The notes: generated by a model from the letters alone, not told the origin. A DNA stretch of 51,525 nucleotides, filler included, from Jimgerdemannia flammicorona (GCA_003990765.1; 2 parts of 2 records of this genome joined end to end with filler, not necessarily neighbours in it); one strand, 5' to 3'. Positions 25,312 through 38,900 are shown, counted from the first letter of the whole stretch. Translations and numbers: made by a program.

Positions 25312-25718
25312 CTAAAACTGCCCGGGATCTTGGCCATCAGCAGAAGTTTGATTCAGGCGAGGTGACCGACGAGGTTTCTTGAATTTGCCTATTTGGTAAC
25401 GATTTGTCAATTCCAAGATCAAGAAAAACATTAAAGTAACATGCATTCTTAAAGAGCGTATGCAAATTTATATACTCACCATTTTTGATGATAGGACGGA
25501 GACCAAGCATCTTCTTCAGGATGGCCATTTCATTTTCAAGTTCCTCCTTGTTTGAAGCTCTTTCCGAAAAGGCAAAATCAATAAACACGGCCTTGAATCC
25601 ATCGCGATGACGTTGGATAAGGATGTTCTCGGGGCGAATATCGTTGTGGAGAACACCATGATCGTGGATATCCGACAATGCGTTTACGATCTCGTTACGT
25701 TCCTGATCACTCAACTCT
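25312..25718 (-). CDS. 3' end of a host protein kinase-like gene (5' part lost in the gap), with a predicted intron at 25389-25479
   Basis: Catalytic loop HGVLHNDIRPENILI and IDFAFS. The intron is GTGAGT...AAATAG, and the spliced tail reads GKFKKPRRSPRLNQTSADGQDPGQF*. CpGs are retained. Confidence 0.78.
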
Positions 25719-25818
25719 NNNNNNNNNNNNNNNNNNNNNNNNNNNNNNNNNNNNNNNNNNNNTTAATTAATTAANNNNNNNNNNNNNNNNNNNNNNNNNN
25801 NNNNNNNNNNNNNNNNNN
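25719..25818. other. Artificial contig linker (N44-TTAATTAATTAA-N44)
   Basis: Symmetric N padding around a six-frame stop spacer at 25763-25774. Confidence 0.95.
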
Positions 25819-25925
25819 TTACAAGCCTATGATGTAACCATCGTACACCACCCTGGAAGAACAAATTCCAATGCAGATGCTCTCTCACGGACACCTCGAA
25901 CTACCTCCAACCAACAAATCAATCA

Positions 25926-27118
25926 TGAATAAGGAGCTCTACTACGGAATCATCACATACCTGGGACAGTGAAAGATGCCCCAACATCTGGAAGAATGGA
26001 CACAAACGATTATCAACAGGACATGGAAACAATTCGAAACCGACGGAGAAACACTGAAGAAAGGAAAGCTACTAGTCATACTAGAACACAAGAAGGAGCA
26101 AGCAATGAAATCAATACATGAACTTGGCCATCTAGGAGGAACAAATACATATGACAAGGCAAGGAGAACAATATGGTGGCCAGGAATGGAGGAAGATATC
26201 AGACAATTCATCAAGACCTGTGACAAATGCCAGAAACAGAAACAAGACCAACGAAATCAAGCCCCAGGATCAGCACACATAGAACCAGTACCATTCACCC
26301 ACATTGCAATAGATGTAATTGGCCCCCTACCCTTGACTTTGACTGGCAACCGATACATCATTGTCATCGTAGACCTTTTTACGAAATGGATAGAAGCAGG
26401 ACCCCTTATGGAAGCCAATGCACAGTCAATTGCCGATTTCTTCCACAAGGAAATCATCTGCCAGTTCAAGACCCCAACACAAGTAACTACAGATAGAGGA
26501 ACCGAATTCGTGAACCAGTTCTTCGAGGTTCTCTACAAGAAGTACAAGATCCAGCACATTCGGACCACAGCCTATCACCCTCAAGGAAATGGACAAGTAG
26601 AAAGGACCAACAAGACCCTCAAGAATGTTATCGCCAAGATCTGTGATAACTATGAGAACTGGGATCACTATCTACCAATAGCACTATCTGCTCTCCAGGA
26701 TATCTGATCACAAAGCACCCACTTTACCCCTTGAGAAATGCTGTTTGGAGAAGAATGTTCTCAAGGAACCCTATCATCCAATGGAGATGCTGTATGGAAA
26801 CATGTAGATATGGAAATACGGAGACTACACCAAATCAGGAAGAAGGCTGAGGATTACATAACCAAGGCACAGACACTACAATGGAGGAATACGGAAAAAA
26901 CCCACAAGCCCCTGGAGATTATCAAGATAGGAGACAAAGTCCTAGTTTATTGGAATATGGTAGAAGCTTCATGGTCATGAAAACTAGAGCCCAAGTAGGA
27001 AGGACCTTACCTTGTGCAAGATATAAAAGGGACCACCTTTTGGCTACGGAAACCCTCAGGCACAATAATCCCCACCACCATTCACCGAAACCGACTCAAG
27101 AAATATCATGGTCAGTAA
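25926..27118 (+). pseudogene. Element B integrase (few stops)
   Basis: HELGHLG...CDKC (HHCC), IAIDVIGP, TTDRGTEF, GQVERTN and a *EGPY C-terminal module. Confidence 0.93.
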
Positions 27119-27569
27119 CAAAAGTACTGCGATGGCACTCAAGATCACTAGTGCTGCCCAAAGGGCCATCGAAAGACAATGGCACACCACTGAGCCCCCG
27201 ACCATAGAGCCATTCTATGAGGATATTCAGAGTATTGTGCAGACTCATCTCTCTCAGATCTCACACTTTAGAGCCTATCAATATCATGCAGAATTTCAAG
27301 AGTACTTCAAGCTTGGACAGGTGCTCAATCAGGATCCAGCAAAGACCAAGGAGGACTGGATTGCTGAGTGTCAACTCTCCCACTCACAGATTACTATCGC
27401 CAAAAGGATCCACAAGTTATTCCGAGAAGATGAACTAGCCATAGACCACCTGAGAGGAGTAATCCCTACCGACTTTGAGAAAGTGAGGAGACATCATTGG
27501 GAAACAGTCATGCAGCAAATTGCACAGTACAAGACCATACAGACGGTTGAAGCCTGGGAGTTTGAATAG
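27108..27569 (+). CDS. Element B accessory ORF3, intact, 153 aa, unknown function
   Basis: Open frame overlapping the integrase stop and ending before the PPT; core EYFKLGQVL...LSHSQITIAKRIHKLF. Confidence 0.8.
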   Translation: MVSNKSTAMALKITSAAQRAIERQWHTTEPPTIEPFYEDIQSIVQTHLSQISHFRAYQYHAEFQEYFKLGQVLNQDPAKTKEDWIAECQLSHSQITIAKRIHKLFREDELAIDHLRGVIPTDFEKVRRHHWETVMQQIAQYKTIQTVEAWEFE

Positions 27570-27606
27570 ATGCCTCAGGGACGAGACCATCCATTCAGGA
27601 GGAAGT

Positions 27607-28019
27607 TGTGACAGTACAGCCGTATTTGGAAGAAGGAAATAGGGAATAGACACTTGATCGCACCCATTCCTAAAGTAGTATAGCCTTATAGTTAGCAGTC
27701 GTCGATTTCGACATTGTCTAAATTCTTAGACATTATCCGAATGTTTCGACAAAGTCCAAATGACTCATTTATTACTTAGCCACCCTCTCATAGCTAGCAA
27801 AACTTGTATAAATAACCCAGTATCTTCGAGTGAATAACCTCAGATCGAAATAGTTCAAAGCAAAGAGATAGCAAAGGAACTAGTAAGCCTGCGGGCAGAT
27901 ACTTCAAACTCACCCACCCTCCCCTGCCGCTTCAAGAGACTCTGCGAAAGTCAGAACAGTCAAGTTTCAAGATACAGAAATCTGACGTACTTTCAAGAGT
28001 AAGCATCCACTACGTTACA
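27607..28019 (+). repeat. Element B 3' LTR (413 bp)
   Basis: TGTGACA...GTTACA after the PPT, with TATAAAT at 27807. The partner LTR is not in the window. Confidence 0.8.
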
Positions 28020-29399
28020 ATATATATTGATATAAATATATCTATCTAAAGAATTTTATACTTACAGAATCTCTTTTTATTTTAGAAAATCTAAAATGAG
28101 ATCTGGCAAGATGTCTACAATAGATACAGTTTTTACACATTATAGGATAATGGTCAAATATTGGAAATGGGCTATTCAAGAAATTCAGACATTTATTTTT
28201 TTAGAGAATACCTTTCTAAACATTGATAATTATTATAATTTCATATAGCAATTACTTGCAAAGACACCACATATTGATCCAGCATCTAATCTTCTCTCAA
28301 AGGTATTTATTTATATATTATATATATTTAAATTGAAGTTTATTAATAATTGATATTATGTATATTAATTTTATTTTCATAAAATTTTATTTGATCATGA
28401 GATTTTACTAATATATAGAAAGTCAAAGGAAAAAATACAAAACTGTCTGCCTTTAGTTTTTCCAAATGTCAAGAATCTAATTAGTAGTACTCTCTATGAA
28501 CAATATTCTATAATTGTATATAAGACTATTCCAAAATTATTTTCAGAAGGCAAGATTCTCAAATTTATTTACTGTCTATCTATTTATACTTGGAATAGTA
28601 ATAGAGCTATTTAGCAAAATGATCAAGATGCAGAGATCATGATATATATTACCAATAAGGGATCCATATCATTCAGATTATATTATTAATATCTTCCAGT
28701 ATCTTTGGTTTAATTCTCAGAATGCTCAGTGAAAGGAATTTATATCTCAATCAATTACAGTTCAGCAGCTTGCATTTTTTTTGACTTTGGTAAGTTATTG
28801 CTATACTATTGAGTATATTGTACACAGTGTATATATATATAATTTATATAATTTATCTTTTATTATATATTATATATAGTTGGAATATTACTGCACAAAC
28901 TGATATAAAATTTGGAGAAAAATTAGATTAAAAAAATTACCATAAATGGATCAAAAATCTTGAAAAATATAGTACTAGTAAATTAGAGTTAGATCATCTT
29001 AAGAGTGAAATTAAATCAGTTTGCACAGAATTAGTTTGCAATGAGAAAAAGGGTATAGAATCTAAGTTAGGATCTGATGTTGATGATATACTTATAGAGT
29101 GGATTTAGTAATAGCTATATTGAGATAATATTTACATATTTGTAATAATATCTAGAATAAAAAAAAAAGTAATATATATAATATCTACTCTAAATTGAGA
29201 TATATATAATAATGATCTAGATGTTTTTATCAATGATTTAGATATTTTTTATCTATATCCCAGATCTTTTAAAAATATCTAAATCTTGTAAATTATATAT
29301 ATATTATATCTTATTTCTGAATATATGTTCCTATTGATCTAGAAATTCTATATCTATGATATTAGATATACCATTTCAGTTTTGTAATATGTTATTTGA

Positions 29400-30160
29400 G
29401 AAGTAGTTCTTTTGGGAGTTTCTTTAGAAATATGTCTTGAAATTTCTAAAGTAAAGATCTGATATAACTATTGACTTTGAAAATGTCTTTGAGGTACTCA
29501 GGTTCTCCTTTAGAAGATATATGAAGATAGCAAAGAGAGGACATTTCTTGGCTAATTTATTGAGTTGCAGTTTATTGATATAAGTGATCTTTAAACCTAC
29601 ATCACTAGAACTGAGTGTTTCCCTTTTGCCTTGCAGTTTGAAATTATAGCATCCTTTCTTAATAGTTAGAGAATAGTTCACCCAATCTATTATAGGGTTT
29701 TCTTATTTTAACCAGAGTATCCCACAGTTGATCTCATGGTCAGGAAGTGGTATAATTTGGCGAGTAATATATACTCAGTAGTTACTAATTTAGAAGAGTA
29801 GATTGTTGACTTCCTTGCTAATGATATGTAAGGTTCTATCAGCAGTAGCAACTTCTTGAGTTTGTTGTACTGGGGAAGTCAGAACCTTGAGAATATTTTC
29901 TGTTTTCTTATTGATAAAATTATCTAAGGCACTACTGTCTATTATCATCTTAATAAGTAATTAATTAACAAAAGCTTATGGGGAGAGTAGTTTGTCTGAT
30001 TCAATAGTAGTGATTTCAGTTATCAGAGATTTCCTTTTGTTAGCTCTTCTTTGGGCTAACATATTGATACATGAGAAGCAATTATCAATTATTTGAGAAG
30101 AGTCCATTCCAATACCAAGAGAGCATCATCTATTAGATACAAATCTATATTCTTCTTATT
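29400..30160 (-). mobile_element. Decayed Ty3/Gypsy protease-region fragment
   Basis: IKMIIDSSALDNFI (DSGA-like) and GILWLK*ENPIIDW. Confidence 0.65.
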
Positions 30161-30169
30161 CATAGTAGG

Positions 30170-33100
30170 TTGAGCTGGAGCCTTATTTGATGAGCAAAAT
30201 AATATATATCCTCAAATAGTAGGTAGTAATTCAGAGACTTTCTTAACTGTTAGGGTTGACTCAATTTTCTCAAATAGGATCTGGGCAATGTAATAACTAA
30301 TAGAGATCTTAAATAGTATTCAACTATGATTTCAGATTAGAATAATGATTTCATCTATATATATAATCTTTATCAATAACTCCTATTTCTACTGAGAATC
30401 CTTTTAATACTAGACTGCTGCAATAGCATATCCTTCCAATAAGTTCTTCAGAAATTTGAATACCAATTTTTCTATAGACTTGCTTAAATTCTTGATTGAA
30501 AAATATAGCTTCTTCAGCTATATATAGAACATATCTGACTACTTTTTGGCTTTCTTTGATTGGAGCCATAGCTGTTGTCGTTAATGTGATAAATTCTAGT
30601 ATCTTAGTAGTCAGATTGTTGAGATAATGCAGAGTGGTGACCATTGCTCATATTATAGTTTAGAGTTTTTGATTAGATGAGATACTGACTATATATCCTG
30701 TCTTTTGGTAATAAAAGTATACTCTACTTCTTTTGAGTTTATTCCTTTCTCCTTTGGTGAGTTTCTTGAAGATACTTAGCCAAGTAGGTTCAGAATTTCA
30801 GAGTGACTAAGAGGTAGATATATATAAGAGAGCTCAGAATGATTTATACTTAAGTTCTTCTTTCTTGGTCAATAACTTTTCTATATTATGAAATTGTTTT
30901 TGAGACAGAATTGGTCTAGCTATTAGGATTTGCTTTATTATGGTCTTGATTCTTATCAGGTACCAATGTCAGTAATCACAATCAACTAGGTATCCTTGTT
31001 ATCAGATCTTTCTTGTGAGTCATTCTGGTAGTATATCAAATAAATAGTCTGCTCTGATACTATTTTGTACTTCATCATTGACAATATATCCTAGACCAAT
31101 AGTGTTTCAAAGTGACTTGAGTTTTGTATAGAAGGTTATAAATTCCTCCTTACTATATATATTAAATTTGATATTACAGAGTTTGACTTGAGTTTCCACA
31201 ATTAGAGTTTCACTATAATATTGGACAATTATGAGTTGTTTGAGTCCAGAAGATTCAGGGTGTTCTCCACATTCAGGAGTAATATTTGCTATGTTTAGAG
31301 TAATAACTACAGGTCAGTTATCTCATATAAGAGGTTTTTTAGGAAGAGTTTATCACTATTCTTTAGTAGATCCTCAGAAGAATATAACAACTTAGTAGAT
31401 ATAAGCCATGATAGTAGTAAAGAGCTGTTCAATAGTATAGTATTAATTATTTGTTAGGAGATATCAGCAACTTGGTCATTGGTCTATTGATTGACTTTAA
31501 AATTAATATCTACTATATTAATGAAGCTTTGGACTTTTTGTACAGTACCATTAAAGGTAGGTAGACTTAGGCTTTTTGATGGCCAGGTCTGTTTAGCTAA
31601 AAATGTAATAGTTGCTGCCATTATAGCTTTCAGGGTCCTAAAGTCTAAGATTTATATTATTTATAAGAGATAGTTAAACTACTAATAGTAGAGTAACTGA
31701 TATGACTTGATATACTGGTACAGAGTATAATAGTATTCTCTGAGTTTGTATAAGTTACTGGAGTAACTATTGTAGATTTGGTATAAGAGCCTAATAGATA
31801 TCTGTCTATTGTTCTGTGTATTTATTTTGTCCTGAGATATGTAGATATATCTCCTTCAGTGGTATTTCAGAATCAAATTCAGTAAGATACCTCTCCTCTT
31901 TTTCACTTTAGTTTTCATGTATCTGAGATTGTTAAGTGTCAATTTAGATGGTACCTATTATATACTTAATTTCAGATAGACTTAAATCAAATGCTGGTTT
32001 AGATTTTAGTTCAGCTTTGGGTTCAGATAGAGTTCTAGCTGAGCCAGCTTCTGACTATAGGTCTGGTTATTAGAGAAGGATTTCTCTGACTTCTCCTTTA
32101 AGAAAATGACAGGTTTTGTATTTCTGGAAACAGTAGTATAGAGCAGTCTTAATCCTAGCATAGTGATAGTTAGTAGAGTTGAGCAACTTGGTTACAGAGG
32201 TTGGGGCTTCATGGAAAACAAAGACTAGGAAGATATCTGCTAGTTGTCCTAGATTGCTCAGATTTGTAGAACTTATCAAAAAGGCTTCTATAAGACTTTC
32301 TTTATCTTGACATATAGGATATAGAGTAAGGAGTTTATTGAATAGGGTTTTGTCTATCTACTAATTTAATTTCAGTACTTCTTTATATATATTAAGCTGT
32401 CTCACTTGTTGCAGACTTAGAGGTCTAATTGTTCTTATATATCAGGTTTAATTTACTCCAGATTGCTAGATAGTATGGAATAAATTCCAGTTCAGTGATT
32501 GGACTTTATACTAACTTAGAGAAATTTCTATAGTATTTTGTAGCTGGGTGGAAACATCTTGAAGCAGAATTGAATCATAAACCACTATTACTAAGTAATA
32601 AGAAGGTACTTTATTAGGATACTATTATGTAGTTCTGGAAGAATTTTCTGAAAGTTCTGAAAGTTCTGAATATTCTAGAAGATCATTTTCTTAAGATTAA
32701 GATCAATTTCATATAGAGTCCATCTCTTTACTTATTGATTTCAAGATTGGGTTAACATCTCAACTAAGTTCTTTTCCAGACTTATTCTAGATATTTAGAA
32801 TTTTCCTTATTTCAGAAAGTTTAAAAAACTAAGACCAGCTTAGTTGAATCAGTACATTACTGCAGTTAATATTCAATTAGGAAATTTCTGGATCTTTTTA
32901 GAAGTGGTATATAATATAGTATATGTAGATTTATATAAAGATAATATATGGGTTATTAAATAGGTTTATTCACTATTTATGATATTGCTATTGGCTAATA
33001 CTAGAAGTAGTATATAAAGAAATATTTATATGGAGAAGTATTCTTGTCTGTTCATATCTATTTATATCTATTTATATCAATTTATATCTATTTGTGTCTG

Positions 33101-33908
33101 AGTTTCTAATATCTAAGAAAGGGAGTATTTATACTAATGGAAGGCAATCTGAATACTTTTTGATAAGATTGCTATTGATGATATCATCTCTGATAAAGCA
33201 GTTATCTAGAAAAAGTGGTTCTGAGATTATATCTCTCTATTCATTTATATAGTAATATATTTGAATTAGGTCACTATTCCACAGGATGGCATCATCTATC
33301 TTATATATTGAGTATGGTGTTGGTAGATAGAGAAGGGGTCTTCACTTTCATCAAATTTACTATCAGTATACCTTCATTAGGTTATAGTACTATATATTAC
33401 AGAGTTGTAGTAAGCTGACAACTGTTTTTCATTTTACTCATTCTCAGATAGTGAGGTTATTGGTTTTATCTCCAGAGTTGTCTAAAGGTATAAGTTGTAT
33501 TCTCTGATCTCTTCATTATAGTTGAAGTAGTTAGATATAAATATAGATTAATACTCATATTAGTTGTCATTATTCCAATAGATCTTGTAAATAATTACGA
33601 ACTATTATAAGTTCTTTGGCAAGATTGGCAGAGTGATCAGAGTTAGTAGGAATCCTTGACTAGAGGTTATATTGGTATCAGAGTGATCATTGTCTTCTGC
33701 TTCATTACTGTCAAACTGAATTATATTATTGATATCCTTCATGATATGTATATTCAACTTGAGATATTTGTAGAATATAATCATCTAGATGCAAGAAGGG
33801 TCTGTCTGTGATTTGGACATACTTCATATATTTGTAGTTGAGTTTTTGCACCATATTATCAATTTGGCTATAAGTTAGAATAGTAACTTTTTCAGTAATA
33901 ATAACTTA
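30170..33908 (-). mobile_element. Element E: heavily decayed dUTPase Gypsy (gag remnant and probable 5' LTR), continuing at 39715-~40100 beyond the LINE insertion
   Basis: Gag-like SLPTFNGTVQKVQSFI at ~31530-31570, dUTPase downstream, and the LTR motif GTGAATAAACCT at 32962-32973 on the minus strand. Boundaries are uncertain. Confidence 0.5.
30175..30570 (-). pseudogene. dut: Element E dUTPase (decayed, frameshifted)
   Basis: APIKESQKVVRYVLY, GRICYCSSLVLKG, GVIDKDY/EIIILI, YIAQILFEKI and TI*GYILFCSS match the spacing of dUTPase motifs 1-5. Confidence 0.72.
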
Positions 33909-34012
33909 ATAGAAGAAAAAGATGACATCTCATTCTTTCACCAGTAACATTCAGGTGACACAAGACTCGGATAATACTTTTACTACATTTTTGGTGTCCA
34001 ATAACTATCGAC

Positions 34013-35919
34013 ATGGATGGCAATGATCAAACTGGTGAGCATACTGGCCAGGGGGGTGGTGGTGCCTTTGGCTGGCAGTAGGTAGAGAGGAGGGGAGATG
34101 GTTTGCGGATAATGGGGGCCTCGATGGCTAGCCAAGGCCCTGGTGGTGGAGGGAGGGGTGGTCTAAGGCAGAGAGGAGGAGAGAGGTCAACCTTTGTGGA
34201 CAAGGTCAGAATGGGAAAGATGGCCTCTGGTCTAGATGGTTGGCTGGGCCTGGGGAAGACATTGACAGCTGCTGATGGGGGACAGAGAGGTGTGCCCAGG
34301 GGAGTTTCTGATGGTAGGGGAGGAGTGGGAGTAGGGGCTGGAGATGTGACTATTGATGGAACTGTGACTGGGGATCTGGCAAAAAATCCAGATATGAAGG
34401 CAGTTGACAATTCAGGACAGAGAGTGGGCATGAGGCCCAGGGACCTGGCAGATAGGGTGATTGGCATGGTGTCAGCCCCATTACTCAAGAAGTTGAGGTT
34501 GGAATTCATGGTCACAATGTGTTTCTGGGGCTTGGCAGTGATGGCGAGGATGATTTTGGGGCTGGTGGTGTAGGAGGCAAAGGGAGTAGCATCAGTGAAG
34601 TTTTTGAAGGAGAAGGAAGGGGTTAAGGTGGGGTTCAAGAAGGAAGATGCCTTGCTGGCAGCCTTGGACAAGGGGGTGACAGTTGGCAGGGTTGTGGTCC
34701 CTATGGCCAGGTGTATATGCTGGGACCCCCGAGTGGTATAGTTGATGGTGTTGGATCTCTCTATGGTGTTGAAGGAGAGGATCAGGGAGTTAGTTGTGAG
34801 GCGATCAGGGAGTATGGGGAGATTGTGGATGTTGGGTGGGAGGATACGGAGCTTTGGACTGGTGATGTCAATGTCAGGGTGAGGCTGACTGGGAAGGAGA
34901 ATACAGGGAAGTCAAGGGACTGGCCAGCGATGCTGAGGTGGGGACCAGTGGAGTGCAAGTTCACAAGGGTGAAGGGGATCCAGGAGGAGGAGAAAGATCT
35001 GTTGGAGGCTCTGGAGGATCTGGAAGGGGCAGTTGTGAGGAGAAGATTGGCCTGGAAGGAGTTTGAGGCCAGGATGGTGGTGGGGGAGGTAAATGGAAAG
35101 AGGGTCCGGATGGAGAGGGGGGTCTGGGAGAAGATGCAGGGAAGGAAAATCCAGAAGGAGCTGCTGGTGAAGTTGGGTGTGGGTGGAGCCAGTGGAAGCT
35201 CAGGGGAGGGGGTTGTGGGATTGCAGGAGAGTAACTGGGCTGAGGGGAGTGACAGGGCCTGGGGTGGGGCTCAGATTGGAGTGGAGGAGGAGAGGGAAGG
35301 CACTATGGTGGCAGATGCAGAAATGAGCAAAGGTGTACACCCTCAGTATAGTGTCCCAGGTGGAGCTGAGGGGGAGGAGAAGCTGCTGGATATGCCAGAT
35401 GAGGTGTGGGATGAGTCAGTGAGGAGGAGCGCGCTGGTGGACCCCAAGGTAGATGGGGGACAAATTATTCAGGGTGTGGCAGAGGTGGTGGATAAGGAGA
35501 AGTGGATGTGGCAGACCCTGGAAGGGGTAGTGGCAGAAGAGCTGGGGGGAGAGGATTTCAGAGTTATGGAAGAGAGGCATTGGGAGGAGATCTTATGGTA
35601 GGAGGAGGTGCTGAGGAAGATGAGGAATGAGATCCTGGCTGTTCTCCTGGAGTCAGTGGAATATCAAGTTGATGATCAGAGAGAAGAGGAACTTAGGAGG
35701 ATTGTGAGTGACAGGGCATTATACTTGTGGAACTCGAGAAATGGACTGGAGAAGTGGTATGCAGTCTGCATAGATTATCGGTTGGAGATGGAGGTAGTGG
35801 ACAGGGTGGAATATCAGGAAATCTTGGAGGCACTAGATGCTCAGGCTAATGCAGAGGATGACTTGGAAGCTGAACAGCATTTGGATCTGGCTGGGGATGA
35901 GATGAGTATAGAATACTAG
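34013..35919 (+). pseudogene. LINE-b ORF1
   Basis: Consecutive ORF fragments 34103-34573, 34711-35601 and 35608-35919, homologous to LINE-a ORF1. Confidence 0.8.
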
Positions 35920-35950
35920 GCTGGGGTCTCTAATGTAACATTCTTTCAAT

Positions 35951-38900
35951 ATGAACTGTACAACTAGGTTATTCTCTTTGAACATAAATAGGTTACAGGG
36001 GGCAGCTAGGAGGAAGTATATATTTGGATGGCTTAAGGGACTGGATGCAGACCTCTTCTTATTACAGGATGTTTGTTATGAGGTAGATGTAGATTTACAG
36101 GATTGGACTAAGGAATGGGGGGGGGCAGCAGTATGGAGGGGGAAAGTGGGTATTCTCATTTGGAAAGGGATGGGGGATATTGGGGACATTGGACACTGGG
36201 GGTCTTAGGTGGTGTGGGGAGTGTGGAAGAGACCTGGATGGGACTCATTGACAGTTGGATCTTGTTACTGCTCAGCTGAGAGAGGGGAGAGAGTGGATTG
36301 GATTTGCAGATTGAAAGAGACCAGTGTCTTGGGAGAGGTTGGGTTGGACTGTATGGGGGGTGATTTCAACATAGTATGGGATAAGGCAATGGATAGAACA
36401 GATGGAGGGAGAGGCATGTAGAGCAAAAGTAGTGGATTGAGTGACTGGTTAGAGACAGAGAGATTGAGTTCTTTAGTGGACTAAGGAAGACAGTTTTGGG
36501 ACAATTGGAGGGTGTACACCCACTGGGCGGTAGGGCTGGGCTCCAGGATTGCCTGGGTTTTGACAGTGAAGTGTTGGGGAGCCAATGTCTGGATGGTGCT
36601 GGAGGTAGTTTGGTGTATGTGGTCTGATCACTGGGGGCTGCTTGGAGGGGGGAGGTTTGGGGGTAGTGAGGATGGGCCTGGACATTGGTGGCTAAATTCT
36701 TCCTTGTTGGAGGATAGGGCTTTGTGGGAGAGTTGGGAGACAGAGGTTGTCGAGAATATTGGAAGGTAGTGGGAATGGGGCCTGGGGATTGGGGACTGCT
36801 GGAGGAGACTGAAGGCAAATGATCAGGGGTATTGGAGGGAAGCAGGTAAAGGATGGTGTGCCCAGCAATGGCAGAGGGTGCTATGGGCCTCACAGTGTCT
36901 GGCGGCACTTATAGAGAGTTGGGCTAGTGCTCTAGAAGATGGGGAGGTGACTGATTGGTATATGTGAGAATTCAAAAGGAGGTGGAGGAGCTTAAAGGAG
37001 TGTTACTAAGAGAGGAGGAGGTGAGGATGCAGGGGATGGTGGCCTGACTGAGGTGGCAGAGGCTTGAGGAGGGTGAGAGGTCTACTAGGTTTTTGACATG
37101 GTTGTTACAAGCATGCTGAATGAAGCAGTGGTGGGAGGGAGTTCTGGATACAAATGGCAAGCTGGTGGTGGGGACTCTGGAGATTCTGGGTTTGCTGAGA
37201 ACCCATTGGGAGAATCTATGGAGTTAGGAGGAAGGAGGAGTGGATGCTTCAGACATTGAAAGACAGCTGGGGGATTGGCATCCAAACTCTGTGATAGGCC
37301 TTGGGGCTTTGGGGGACCCAGTGAGTGGAGAGAAAATTTGCAAGATTGTGGCCTCGACGAGTAAGGGGATGGGAGAATGGGCTTCCCTGGGATTTTTGGA
37401 AGATGGCTGGGGTGGGCAAGGTGCTAGAGGAAATGATCACTATGTGGGATGAGGTTCTTTGGTCTGGTGCTTGGATTGGGGGCCAGTGCCTAGGGCTAGT
37501 CTCCTTACTCTACAAGAATAAGGGGAGGTGGGAAGATTGGAAGAACTGGTAGCTGATCATGCTACTCAATATGGACCGCAAACTGGTGACAAAGATCTTG
37601 GTGATGAGACTGCAAGGAATCACTCAGCAGGTGCTTAGTGTGGAGCAGCATGGGTTTGTTGGTGGCCAGTTGATTAGCAATGGGACAGCTTGGGTATATG
37701 GAGTGATTGAAGGTGCCTGGGCTACAGGGGTAGATGGCCATTTGATATTTCTGGATCAAGAGAAGGCTTACGATAGAGTGCAGAGGATCTGGCTAGTGGG
37801 AGTACTGAAATGGATTAGTATCCCCCCGATGTTCTGAGGATCATTGATTGGCCTCTTGGAGGACAGTCAGGTGGCATTGGTCATCAATGACCACAGGGGA
37901 GTAACCTTTCCCTTGGGGCGTGGGGTACTGTAAGGGGACCCCTTGTCACTCATATTGTATGCCCTCTCCTTGGAGCCCCTACTGGACAGGATTCAGCATA
38001 AGATTGGGGGTTTGGACATTTTGGGGATTAATTGGAAGGTGGGGGCCTTTGCTGATGATATGGTGGTTGGGCTGGGCTCCTTGATAGATGTGGGGGAGTT
38101 GCAGAGGTCTGTGAAATGGTATGAGAGGGGATCTGGTGCTAAACTAAACTGGCACAAATGCAAGACTCTGGTGCTGGGTGCTGGAATTGTTGGTGGCAAT
38201 GTAATTGGAATGGTGGTACTGGCTGGTGAACCAGTGCATTATTTGGGGATCTACTTCTTAGTGTTCTGATCTCTTCTTCCCTGTGTATGGTGGAACCAAC
38301 AACTTCTAGAGTGGGGAAATGTTCTGCTATGATGGGGTGGTCAGCATTTGTCCCTAGCCAGCAGAGTGATGGTGCTGAATGTGTATTGGATGCCAAAGCT
38401 GTTGTATGTGAGATATCATTTGGATTTCCCATCTTGGGTGGTCTGGGGGCTGTTGAAGATGGCGAGGTTGTAGATCTGGGGAGGGCAGCAAAGCCAGGTG
38501 GGTTGGGAGGTGCTCACACTGTCCGTGGAAAGAGGTGGGCTGGGTTTGGTTGACTTTACTAAGCAGCTTCACTGCTTGAGAGCTTGGTGGTTGAGGAGAG
38601 TGAGTGAGCTAAGGGGCCAGGAGTGGGTGCCACTCATGCAGAGGGTGTGGGAGGTTCAGAATTCCCCTTGTGGTGACTCTGGTGACCTGCTTGCGATGGT
38701 GGTCATGGATGGGAGCAGGAGGATGCTGTTTATGGGCTTCTGGTGGGGGGTGGTGGATGGTACTAAGAAAATTGGACTTCAGTGGCGAGGTGATGAAGCT
38801 GAGGAGGATTGGGGACCACAGATGTAGCAGTGGGACAGGCTTCTACTGGGTGGTGTTCTGGTGGAGGATTTTCAGCTTAGAGAGAATATGGAGTGTTTGC

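Larger units (their letters stand above)
25819..28019 (+). mobile_element. Element B: 3' part of a young Ty3/Gypsy element
   Basis: RNase H end (HHPGRTNSNADALSR), integrase, ORF3, PPT CAGGAGGAAG and LTR. CpGs are largely retained. The flank after the LTR is ATAT. Confidence 0.93.

Noticed and set aside
25763..25774. Palindromic TTAATTAATTAA inside an N run
   Set aside because: Artificial six-frame-stop linker. No biological adjacency across it should be assumed.
27108..27569. ORF3 as an env gene
   Set aside because: Too short, with no signal peptide, furin/fusion motif or transmembrane segment visible.
28024..29400. AT-rich decayed coding-like region with possible introns
   Set aside because: No diagnostic motif recognised, so a family cannot be assigned from the sequence alone.
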